A stretch of 16,822 bases of DNA from Candidatus Rifleibacteriota bacterium (GCA_051747585.1 JBNJGH010000076.1:1-16822), one strand, 5' to 3'. Shown: positions 1-7,922, counted from the first letter of the stretch. Notes: generated from the letters alone by a model not told the origin. Translations and numbers: made by a program.

Positions 1-1
1 T

Positions 2-190
2 CCCTATTTTCTGCCGGCAATCTCGCCACATATTGACCGAATTATAAATGAGGTTTATTCTCAGGTAAGAGCTTTTTTGGAAAAGAATTCAGCAATTCTC
101 AAAAAGCTTGTAGATAAATTGCAACAAAACAGAACTTTAAAAAGAGAAGAAGTTGAAGAAATTGTTAATCAAGATATTCTAAAAAAATGA
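2..190 (+). CDS. 5'-truncated CDS: C-terminal helices of an FtsH-like / peptidase M41 domain protein
   Basis: Frame 2 is open from the window edge to TGA 188-190 and reads PYFLPAISPHIDRIINEVYSQVRAFLEKNSAILKKLVDKLQQNRTLKREEVEEIVNQDILKK*. This resembles the FtsH M41 C-terminal pattern (I..II.EAY..A..IL.EN...L..LA..LLE.ETL..EEI..I). The stop overlaps the next start (ATGA, 187-190). The HExxH and AAA motifs would lie outside the window. Confidence 0.75.
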   Translation, partial: PYFLPAISPHIDRIINEVYSQVRAFLEKNSAILKKLVDKLQQNRTLKREEVEEIVNQDILKK

Positions 191-3100
191 GCAAAAACAA
201 AGAAGAAGTATATTTAAAGATGCAAAAGCCGGCAGATATGCTGGCAGTGAATTTTCTTGCATCATCAGGCGACCTTAAGGGCAACTTCGTTCAAGAAGTT
301 GATCCGCCCTGGACTATCTGGTGGAAATCGGTAGAGGATCAATCTATATTGGGGCGCCTGGGCAGTCTCATTAAGAGCGGTCTTCCTCAACCTGAAGAGG
401 TCTGGGACGTGGGCCGGCCTAATGGCGAATGCCGCGAAATTTCCTGGCTTGATCTTTTTCGTAAGTCTGTAATCAAACCTGCTCAGAGTCGCAAGGTATC
501 TAATGAGGTAGTTTTATTAACGACCGATAAAGAAATTTTTTATATGGTAGTTAAAAACCATTTCATGCTACAGCAGGGTAAAATTGAGTTTGCTGCCTAT
601 AATGCAGAAGGCCGGGAATATTTTTTGTTGAAAATAAAAGAGCCTAGTTTGTGGGTTTTAAATACTATCAATAAGTCAGACTGGTTATGGTTCAACCTGG
701 TTCCCGGCCAATCAGGCATTTATATTGAAGCCGGTTATTATATTCATGACATCTCTTCTGAAAGCTGCTTTAACAAGTTTCAGATTGCCGAAAACGGCGT
801 TTTGCTTATTCAAAAAAGCGGCAGGCTTCTTTCTTTAAAGCCTAAGTGGAAAAAGGGAGAGAGCCTTATAAAAGTTGATTTTGCCGGTGCCGAAATCAAA
901 CAAGTTGATGCGCAAGAGAAAATTTCGCTCAAGCCTGTTCTGCGCGAAACAGAGCGCAGGCTGTTGCCCGTTCTCTGGCATGTGGAAAACAAAGAGCAGT
1001 TTAAAGCTATACTGCTGAATGAAAAGCTTGATCCATTCAAGCATTACCGACTTGCTATATGTAAAGACAACTCTATCTGGGTGTATGCTCGAAGCAGTAG
1101 GGCCGACCGTGGTCTGGCAACAATTTTGACCGATGCGTTCGCTGCATATACACAAACACAGCACCGGGTTTTTGTTCCCGCCGGAAAGCTGCTTGCACCG
1201 GGTTTGTCATCCGAAAGGTTACATGAAATTGTTGGTGGTTCAAACAGTGATTTTGTTATAATTACAGAGTGGGAAGAACAATTAAAGCCCTTGTTAATAA
1301 GGCAGGAGGATCTTCAGCCGGTTGAAGACTTTATAACCATCGAGGCAGAAAAGGCTGCAGAAAAAGCACAAACTATTAACCCGAGCTGGAAATTTGTTTT
1401 TCGAGATCTTAAAAAAAAAAAGCAGGTAATTGAGATTGATGTAGACGAACCGGCTTATGGAAAACTAAAAGCTACATCAGAAGACGGTCAGGTTGCCAGT
1501 GTCGACGAAATTTCCCGCCGGCGCAAACGTAGAAAAAAAACAATCGATCTCAACAATGTGCCCGAACTTGCTGCGTCAGAGACCTCATCTCTAAAGGTAG
1601 AACTCGACCAGATCGATGTTCAGCTCCTGCAGAATGTCGGCAATGCCCGGTTATGGGAGCAGAGAAGCGAAATATGCGTTAAAATGCGAATGAATGTTTC
1701 TGCGCTCGCTTCGCTTATGAACGCGGCAGTATTAAATAACGATATAGATATTCTGATCGATTGTTTGTTTGAGTTTTGTTCTTTAAGGTCTGAGTTCGCT
1801 GCTCTGAGACAAGAAAATATAACTGAAATAGAAAAAGGCCGGTTATTGGCTGCAATAAGAAACGAAAAAGTAAATGCAGAATTTTATTATGTGCTGATGC
1901 TTGCTTATGCTGCCAAATTTAATGATTTTGATATTTTTCAGCAGGCAGTTTCAGCCATGAAAACATCCTTCCCCGGAGAGGATCGCAAATTTTACGGCTT
2001 TAGCGAAATAAGATCTGCCTCTGGTGGTGGCATAAATGTTGAAAACAGAGTTGAGCTTTTGACCGAAAACGAGTTGCCCAGAATAAGAACTAACGTTAAA
2101 AATTTTATTCTTCAGCTGGGTTGCGGAAGAAATATATACTCGATGCATCTTGCTCGAAAGCAGCTCAATAAAATTCTTGCCTATCATTTGTCGCCGGGCA
2201 TTGCAGATCGAATAGTGTCAACAATCAGGTATACAACCAGTGACAACAGAGGCACCAACGAAAAAGCAACGGGCTTTTTTAATTTTTTCTGGAAAAAGAT
2301 TGAAAAATGGCCCAAAAGCATGGAAACCGGTGATAATAGGCCTGAGGTCAATCGCTGGTTGAGATTGATGACAATGGATAAAATTAGAGAAACCCCTTTA
2401 AAAGACTTTTTTACCGGTGATCTATATCGCCCGCCCTTCTATTTTATTCGTTCACAGGAAAATAAAAGAAATGGTCTGTTGCAGGTTAACTGGATCAAAG
2501 ATCTTTCAAGCGAAGAGTTCCCTGAAAAAAGCGATGGACGTTCAATAGCCAATGCAATCTATTACCGCTTTGCAGATAATGATGCAGACTGGGATAAATT
2601 TTTCAGGATGGCTTTGTCCAGTGGTGATCCAGAAGCTCTGGCAAAAGCGCAGAGATTGTTGCTGCTTATGGTTTCACAGTTTGGCCCTCATCCTGTATTC
2701 AAAAATTATATAATGCCCGCCAGGCTTGATCAGAAAAACGACAACGAGCAATGGGATATTTATAGCCTGACAATGTATTGTGACATGTATCGACTTTGTC
2801 TTGTTTATAAACAGCCGGTAGATGAGCAAAGATTGTTTAACCATTTGATTAATCGTATCCCGCAGCCACCTGAGGGCTGGGAAGACTTCAGCGGTTCGGC
2901 CGAGTGGATTATTTTATGCTTATTACTCTCAAGCTCGCCTAAGAGAAGATTCTTGCTCGATACTTTAATTTTAAGAGTAACCAGGTGGTTAGATCACGCT
3001 TTTCATTTTTATGATTACAAAAAGTTTGCTCAGTCTCTTACTATTTTGAGTTTTTTGAGTATAGGAATATTGGCTGATCTTGTTCCTGAAAAGCTCGAGC

Positions 3101-3210
3101 TGCATCAGTTGTTGGAAAAACGCAAAGTTATATGGATGGAACATGCTTTTAAAACTGCCGCCGCCGGTAAAGAAGCATTTGAACAGTGGCGGGAATCATG
3201 CGGATTTTAA
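187..3210 (+). CDS. 1007-aa hypothetical protein; probable large component of an FtsH-MoxR-vWA ternary system (N-terminal ~410-aa alpha/beta region, charged linker, helical C-terminal half)
   Basis: Long ORF coupled to the upstream gene by an ATGA overlap. Motifs FLLKIKEPSLWVL, IYIEAGY and VFVPAGKLLAP recall the large conserved subunit of FtsH ternary systems (tentatively fvmX7-like, from memory). No recognisable catalytic motif. Confidence 0.6.
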   Translation: MSKNKEEVYLKMQKPADMLAVNFLASSGDLKGNFVQEVDPPWTIWWKSVEDQSILGRLGSLIKSGLPQPEEVWDVGRPNGECREISWLDLFRKSVIKPAQSRKVSNEVVLLTTDKEIFYMVVKNHFMLQQGKIEFAAYNAEGREYFLLKIKEPSLWVLNTINKSDWLWFNLVPGQSGIYIEAGYYIHDISSESCFNKFQIAENGVLLIQKSGRLLSLKPKWKKGESLIKVDFAGAEIKQVDAQEKISLKPVLRETERRLLPVLWHVENKEQFKAILLNEKLDPFKHYRLAICKDNSIWVYARSSRADRGLATILTDAFAAYTQTQHRVFVPAGKLLAPGLSSERLHEIVGGSNSDFVIITEWEEQLKPLLIRQEDLQPVEDFITIEAEKAAEKAQTINPSWKFVFRDLKKKKQVIEIDVDEPAYGKLKATSEDGQVASVDEISRRRKRRKKTIDLNNVPELAASETSSLKVELDQIDVQLLQNVGNARLWEQRSEICVKMRMNVSALASLMNAAVLNNDIDILIDCLFEFCSLRSEFAALRQENITEIEKGRLLAAIRNEKVNAEFYYVLMLAYAAKFNDFDIFQQAVSAMKTSFPGEDRKFYGFSEIRSASGGGINVENRVELLTENELPRIRTNVKNFILQLGCGRNIYSMHLARKQLNKILAYHLSPGIADRIVSTIRYTTSDNRGTNEKATGFFNFFWKKIEKWPKSMETGDNRPEVNRWLRLMTMDKIRETPLKDFFTGDLYRPPFYFIRSQENKRNGLLQVNWIKDLSSEEFPEKSDGRSIANAIYYRFADNDADWDKFFRMALSSGDPEALAKAQRLLLLMVSQFGPHPVFKNYIMPARLDQKNDNEQWDIYSLTMYCDMYRLCLVYKQPVDEQRLFNHLINRIPQPPEGWEDFSGSAEWIILCLLLSSSPKRRFLLDTLILRVTRWLDHAFHFYDYKKFAQSLTILSFLSIGILADLVPEKLELHQLLEKRKVIWMEHAFKTAAAGKEAFEQWRESCGF

Positions 3211-3230
3211 ATTAATTTCGGAGTGATAAA

Positions 3231-4214
3231 ATGAATTATGAATTAAAAGATATGGATAAAATAAATGCCGCCAGGTCACGCATAGTTGATTACTATACCA
3301 GACTTAACGAGTATTTTCTTAAACGATCGGATTTGCTTAAGCTAATGATGGTTGCGGTTGCCTCGCAGGAACCGATGTTGTTTCTGGGGCGTCCGGGTAC
3401 GGCAAAGTCTTTGCTGGTTTCGGTTTTCTGTCAGGGCCTGGGCTTGCAACAAGATGACTACTTTGAATATATGCTGACTAAATTCACCGAGCCCAGTGAA
3501 ATCATGGGGCCGGTAGATATTGAACAGCTCAAAAGTGGTAAATATCTGAGAAAAGTTGAAGGCCATCTGCCCACCGCCAGAATTGCCTTTCTCGATGAAA
3601 TATTCAAGGCTAACTCAGCTATCCTCAATGTTTTATTGACCATAATCAATGAGCGCAAATATTATCAGGAAGGTAAGCCCTACCCGGTACCAATGGTCTG
3701 TATGTTTGCTGCCAGTAACGAAATACCCGATTTTGGCGAATTTGATGCGCTCAAAGACAGGTTTATTATAAAAGCAGAAACTTTACCGGTTAGAGATGCC
3801 TGTTTTCATGAGCTGATACGCTCAGGTATCAAATTCGAAACCAGAACCGCCAACCGGGAAATGCCCTGGAAATCTGATTGCAGTCTTGAAGATTTCCTTC
3901 TGGTGCATGACTACATGCTTTCTACTCTTCTGCCGGCAGCCATTGAAAAGGATGATGCGGTAATTCTGGGTGATGAGCGCATAACCACGGCGTTTAAAGC
4001 TTTGATTTCTGTGCTTGCAGATGAACTGAAGGTTGAAATAACTGATCGTAAGCTGATTAAACTCTATAAGCTTATTCTGACTCAGGCTTTTATATTTAAT
4101 GGCGGCAACGTTACCCGTGACGAGCTTAAAATACTCTGTTATTGCGGCAACAACTTTTCTGATGTGCGCAAAATTCGCAACTACATTGAAGAAAGACTTG
4201 CAAATCTAGATTAA
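3231..4214 (+). CDS. MoxR-family AAA+ ATPase, RavA-like (327 aa)
   Basis: Walker A GRPGTAKS (3387-3410), FEYMLTKFTEPSEIMGP, Walker B IAFLDEIFKANSAILNVLLTIINER, sensor-1 ASNE and Arg finger LKDRF. GGAG RBS at 3220-3223. Shorter than enterobacterial RavA. Confidence 0.93.
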   Translation: MNYELKDMDKINAARSRIVDYYTRLNEYFLKRSDLLKLMMVAVASQEPMLFLGRPGTAKSLLVSVFCQGLGLQQDDYFEYMLTKFTEPSEIMGPVDIEQLKSGKYLRKVEGHLPTARIAFLDEIFKANSAILNVLLTIINERKYYQEGKPYPVPMVCMFAASNEIPDFGEFDALKDRFIIKAETLPVRDACFHELIRSGIKFETRTANREMPWKSDCSLEDFLLVHDYMLSTLLPAAIEKDDAVILGDERITTAFKALISVLADELKVEITDRKLIKLYKLILTQAFIFNGGNVTRDELKILCYCGNNFSDVRKIRNYIEERLANLD

Positions 4215-4223
4215 AGGCCGATT

Positions 4224-5546
4224 ATGATACTACTTAAACCGGAACAGATTGCCAGCTGGTATAAGTTTTCGCTGGAATATTCAGGATATAAAGAATTATA
4301 TGGATTTGCCAGAGACTTGTGGAAAGACCTGGTGCGAAGAGGCAACCGAGCTGTGCCGCCAGGTTTTTTAGCCCGATTTATAGAACTATATCTCAGTGTA
4401 TCTGTTGGTGTGAAAAATGAAAATCATTCAACCGATCCGCTTGAAGATCAATATCTTGATCTAATACGAAAAGCTCCCGGTGCAGACAGACTCGAGGGCA
4501 TTTTTATCATTTCCGGTGCCGACAGAGACCCGGTTCTTGCTCAGCCTGTTCTGGTGCAACTTATTGACCGGTTGCCGGCTTTCAGACATAAGGCCCTTGT
4601 TTTTTCCGAGTCTGATTTTGAAAAATCATTTGAAGTAGAAAATCCTGCAAATGCAGGTTTCAATATGCAAGAAGTCTTGCAGCTTATTTATAAAAGTTCG
4701 ATTGAAGAATTTTCGCAAAAAAGCTTCAGTTTTGATGCAGATGACATTTTCGAAATCGGTCACCCGCAGTTGTTTTCAAGAGCAGCTGATCGACTGTTTT
4801 ACCGCCGCATGGTCAATGCGATGCATGGTTTGGGCACCTGGACCCGTAGTATTTTCACCCTTAAAGAAGAAAGCAGCTGGGTAGTTACCAAGTATGGTGA
4901 ACCGCAGGTGCTTCCGCTCGGTGGTTACGACGAGTTAACCAACAAAGGTACCATTTCTTCTATTGTGCCTTCTGAACTGGCATATATGGATGAAAGTATG
5001 GAATTTGATCTTTTTGACTACAAGTTTATCGAAAATCAGTTGATGTATTTCAAGCGTGATTCGGGAGCAGTATTTCGTATCAGGCGCGATATACGCATAA
5101 AACTTCGTTTGAGCGAATTTTTTGAACACGAAAAACACCTTGGTTTGCTTTTTGCCTGGATTTTTAATTTTGCCGGCAAACTTATAGAAACCCTGGTTAA
5201 AGATATGGTCAATGTTTTTATCGAACTTGAAGGCTATGTTCCATCATCGCTTAAAGATGCCTGCAGGTTTTTCGGTCACTTTCTTGATGAGAAAAAATTA
5301 TCTGACCGAATCTGCCTCAGAGCAGGGGACTTTACTACCTCTGAAACTATGGAACTCAGACCCGAAGCTCAAACATGGTTGTTTGCAGAAAAACCCGAAA
5401 ATAACTCTATCTTTATAGAGCTGCAATTTCCACAATCTGATGAATTTGCCGCCTATGAAAATACCGAGCAATATCGCATTCTTGGCGGACTTATAAATGA
5501 TTCAATCGAAAGGATGGTTAAACATGATCAGGGTGGCTGGAGTTGA
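4224..5546 (+). CDS. ViaA-like vWA-type MoxR partner with degenerate MIDAS (probably metal-inactive vWA), 440 aa
   Basis: Starts 9 nt after the MoxR gene. Contains GGYDELTNKGTISSIVPSELAYMD...DLFDYKFIENQLMYFKRD, resembling the ViaA-family pre-vWA motif (LLPxELA...FY.K..E.QLL.Y). The following strand IRIKLRLSEF lacks DxSxS. Confidence 0.7.
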   Translation: MILLKPEQIASWYKFSLEYSGYKELYGFARDLWKDLVRRGNRAVPPGFLARFIELYLSVSVGVKNENHSTDPLEDQYLDLIRKAPGADRLEGIFIISGADRDPVLAQPVLVQLIDRLPAFRHKALVFSESDFEKSFEVENPANAGFNMQEVLQLIYKSSIEEFSQKSFSFDADDIFEIGHPQLFSRAADRLFYRRMVNAMHGLGTWTRSIFTLKEESSWVVTKYGEPQVLPLGGYDELTNKGTISSIVPSELAYMDESMEFDLFDYKFIENQLMYFKRDSGAVFRIRRDIRIKLRLSEFFEHEKHLGLLFAWIFNFAGKLIETLVKDMVNVFIELEGYVPSSLKDACRFFGHFLDEKKLSDRICLRAGDFTTSETMELRPEAQTWLFAEKPENNSIFIELQFPQSDEFAAYENTEQYRILGGLINDSIERMVKHDQGGWS

Positions 5547-6120
5547 ACCCGTAACCGAAGTCGAGGGTCCTGCCCGTCGCTTCGCTTTATGGTTCCAGGG
5601 TTGCTCTATAAAATGTGAGCAATGTTGTAACCCGCAAATGCTTGATGGTTCAAGAGGACGTTTAATCGATCCTGCCGATCTGGCCAAAGATATCTATAAT
5701 GCTGATTCTGATGGGCTAACGGTTATGGGAGGCGAACCCCTGGATCAGTTGCAGGGATTAAATCAGTTGTTGGATGAATTGGCAAAGCTGGGCTATAATA
5801 AAGATATGATTCTTTTCTCGGGTTTTACCTGGCAGCAGATTGAAGCAGACAATGAAAAGAAAGAGACTGCAGCCAGATTTGACCTGCTGATTGCCGGTCC
5901 TTACATTGAGTCGATGTCCTCGCTTAAAAGAAAATGGATTGGTTCTGACAACCAGACTGTGCACTTTTTTTCAGACAAACTTGCCTGTCTTAAAAAAAGT
6001 TGGCCGACAGCTAAAAAAGAAGTCGAAATTCATATAGATGAAGATGGAATTACGTTAAATGGTTTTCCATTAGGCGATGACAGCGAATTCGAAAAATTTT
6101 CGTTTTTAGAGAAAGGTTAA
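5524..6120 (+). CDS. Radical SAM protein, NrdG/activase-like single 4Fe-4S cluster (198 aa)
   Basis: Motifs EGPARRFALWFQGCSIKCEQCCNP (CxxxCxxC at 5602-5625), GLTVMGGEPLDQ, FSGFT, DLLIAGPY and WIGSDNQ. ATG 5524 is preferred over 5497 because an AAGGA RBS precedes it and the homologous fold starts there. Confidence 0.9.
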   Translation: MIRVAGVEPVTEVEGPARRFALWFQGCSIKCEQCCNPQMLDGSRGRLIDPADLAKDIYNADSDGLTVMGGEPLDQLQGLNQLLDELAKLGYNKDMILFSGFTWQQIEADNEKKETAARFDLLIAGPYIESMSSLKRKWIGSDNQTVHFFSDKLACLKKSWPTAKKEVEIHIDEDGITLNGFPLGDDSEFEKFSFLEKG

Positions 6121-6121
6121 T

Positions 6122-6421
6122 ATGAAAAAATTTACTATTGATCTTGAATTTGATGAGGTTACGGGGGACAGTCGTATTCTGGTTGATTTTAACGATGACA
6201 GTATGACTGCGCTTGAAATTAATGAATCGATTCAAAGCGGTGAACTGCTCGAAGAGGTTGTCGAGCAGGCCGGAGAAGTGCTTGGCGAAAATATTGCCCG
6301 GCAGATTCGCGAAGGGCGTCTTAAAGCTCTATGTCTTGATAATCATCCTGAATTAAAAAATATCGAACAGGGAATTTTGATTAACAGTTCACAAAACACA
6401 AAACAGGAAATCGAACAGTGA
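6122..6421 (+). CDS. Small acidic hypothetical protein (99 aa), ternary-system-associated
   Basis: Starts 1 nt after the radical SAM stop, with AAAGG upstream. Its stop overlaps the next GTG start (GTGA). N-terminal beta-hairpin-like FTIDLEFDEVTGDSRILVD. Confidence 0.75.
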   Translation: MKKFTIDLEFDEVTGDSRILVDFNDDSMTALEINESIQSGELLEEVVEQAGEVLGENIARQIREGRLKALCLDNHPELKNIEQGILINSSQNTKQEIEQ

Positions 6422-7368
6422 AAATTCAGCTTTATCCCGAAGATCTGCTTCTTGAATATACTGAGAAGCTGCTCGAAGGAGAAACCACCAATCCTGATAT
6501 TAAATATTCGGGATATTTTGATGCTTTTCCGCCTGAAATCGATTTCAGCGAAGAATTTTGCGAAAAATGGCAACAGGTAATTGAACCTGTCGTTAAAAAA
6601 TTTATTTGTGACAGTTTTGCTTTTTATCCTTTTTTGTTTGAGTCTGATGGTTATACCAGAAAATATTCGGTAACAGATGTCGAGTTCTGGGAAAGCATAG
6701 ACATAAGTTTTTCCCAGCGAAGTGCTCTGAGATTGTATGAGCGCATGATCAGCGATAAAACGAAGCAATTGCCTGATTATATTCTTTCGCTCCCCGGAGA
6801 TGCTGTTTTCCTTTCAATAGCCACTACAAATTTCAACCTTTATTCTTTTCCCTGGCTGGAAAAAAATAAAGCAAACTGGGTTATTAAGGCTCTTTACGCA
6901 ACCTGGAACTTTCTTAACACAGATGAAATTCCATGGGAAGGCTTATTGGCCAAACCAAAAACTGTTGAGTTGCCTTTGCGAGGTTATCTTATAGATCGAG
7001 CGGCTGTCTATATGAGATGTGTAAATTATATTCTCGAAAGAATTGCTGAAAAACAGGTCACCCAAAGAAGTGAGCTGAAAAAAATTTCAGCGATGCCCGG
7101 CTGCGGTGTGCCTCTAAAGCTTTATCTTACTCGTAATCCCGATAAAATTATCAAGAGCTCGAATAAATTTATTAAAATGCTTGAAAAAGCGGTCTCGTAT
7201 TGGACAGCAGAAGGCATGTGCGCCTTAGATGACGACAGATTTATAAATGGGGTTTTTAATTCATCGGGAATAAAAGAGGAGCTTAAGGGGTTTGATGAAG
7301 TTGTTACAAAGATTTCTGATACAAATAGATTGGAGGAGAGAGTAGATGAGTCGGTCGTATTCAGTTAG
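6418..7368 (+). CDS. Hypothetical protein (316 aa), ternary-system-associated
   Basis: GTG start overlapping the upstream TGA, with an AGGA RBS upstream. Long ORF within the coupled operon. No recognised catalytic motif. Confidence 0.75.
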   Translation: MKIQLYPEDLLLEYTEKLLEGETTNPDIKYSGYFDAFPPEIDFSEEFCEKWQQVIEPVVKKFICDSFAFYPFLFESDGYTRKYSVTDVEFWESIDISFSQRSALRLYERMISDKTKQLPDYILSLPGDAVFLSIATTNFNLYSFPWLEKNKANWVIKALYATWNFLNTDEIPWEGLLAKPKTVELPLRGYLIDRAAVYMRCVNYILERIAEKQVTQRSELKKISAMPGCGVPLKLYLTRNPDKIIKSSNKFIKMLEKAVSYWTAEGMCALDDDRFINGVFNSSGIKEELKGFDEVVTKISDTNRLEERVDESVVFS

Positions 7369-7915
7369 TTTATCAGTTGGGGTAACTATACCGGAGGGTG
7401 AAAGACTTAAAGAAGGCCGTTTCGATATGGATTTTACTTTGCTTGAAATTCTTTCTCCCGATCGTATGAAAAGTATTTTAAAAGAGAAGTTGCTTGAAAA
7501 GGGTTTTGAAGAAACTCCGGAGGGTATGGCAATGCCTTTGAATGACGGGCAGCAGGCTGTGCTTGATCTGGATAGTATGGAAATGCAGGTTAAGGTTAAC
7601 ATGCCCGAAAAATGCAATATACTGGTTGAGGGCCTGCTGCTCGAAGAGTTTCAAGAATCTCTTGCCCGCGCCAGACAAGAGGGCAATGTAATGCAAAACC
7701 AGCGGGTTGCTCAGCAGATGGAAATCGAAAAAAATCGTGCTGTAAATGTTTTAAAACAGATTGCTCTAAAAGCTAAAAAAGAAGTTAACCTTGCGCTTAA
7801 AGAGACTTATAGAGAGGCAATAAAAGAAAAAGCTGCCTCTATGGGCAATGTCGAAAATGTTTCTGAATCAAAAGAAGGCAACACCTATCGCATACGCGTC
7901 GAAGTAAGCGCCTGA
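7346..7915 (+). CDS. Hypothetical protein (189 aa) with central coiled coil; last gene of the operon
   Basis: GGAGG RBS at 7332-7336 and a 23-nt overlap with the upstream gene. Motifs MSRSYSV, LLEILSPDRMKSILKEKLLEKGF and EAIKEKAASMGNV...YRIRVEV recall a conserved FtsH-ternary subunit (tentatively fvmX5-like). Confidence 0.75.
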   Translation: MSRSYSVSLSVGVTIPEGERLKEGRFDMDFTLLEILSPDRMKSILKEKLLEKGFEETPEGMAMPLNDGQQAVLDLDSMEMQVKVNMPEKCNILVEGLLLEEFQESLARARQEGNVMQNQRVAQQMEIEKNRAVNVLKQIALKAKKEVNLALKETYREAIKEKAASMGNVENVSESKEGNTYRIRVEVSA

Positions 7916-7922
7916 CAAACGC

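Noticed and set aside
1516..1540. RRRKRRKK as a nuclear localisation signal or Tat motif
   Set aside because: It is internal to a bacterial protein with no secretion evidence, and is better explained as a charged linker.
3231..5546. Naming the pair ravA/viaA
   Set aside because: The family resemblance is real, but the ATPase lacks the RavA C-terminal extension and the partner lacks a MIDAS. Orthology is not supported.
5497..6120. Calling the radical SAM gene nrdG and using the 5497 start
   Set aside because: No nrdD is nearby and the operon context differs. The 5497 start gives a 50-nt overlap, while 5524 has the RBS.
810..7696. Short alternative-frame and antisense ORFs within the + operon (e.g. 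835-1164, 4651-4884, 6343-6768, 7261-7617)
   Set aside because: They are fully overlapped by longer coupled genes and have no recognisable motifs.
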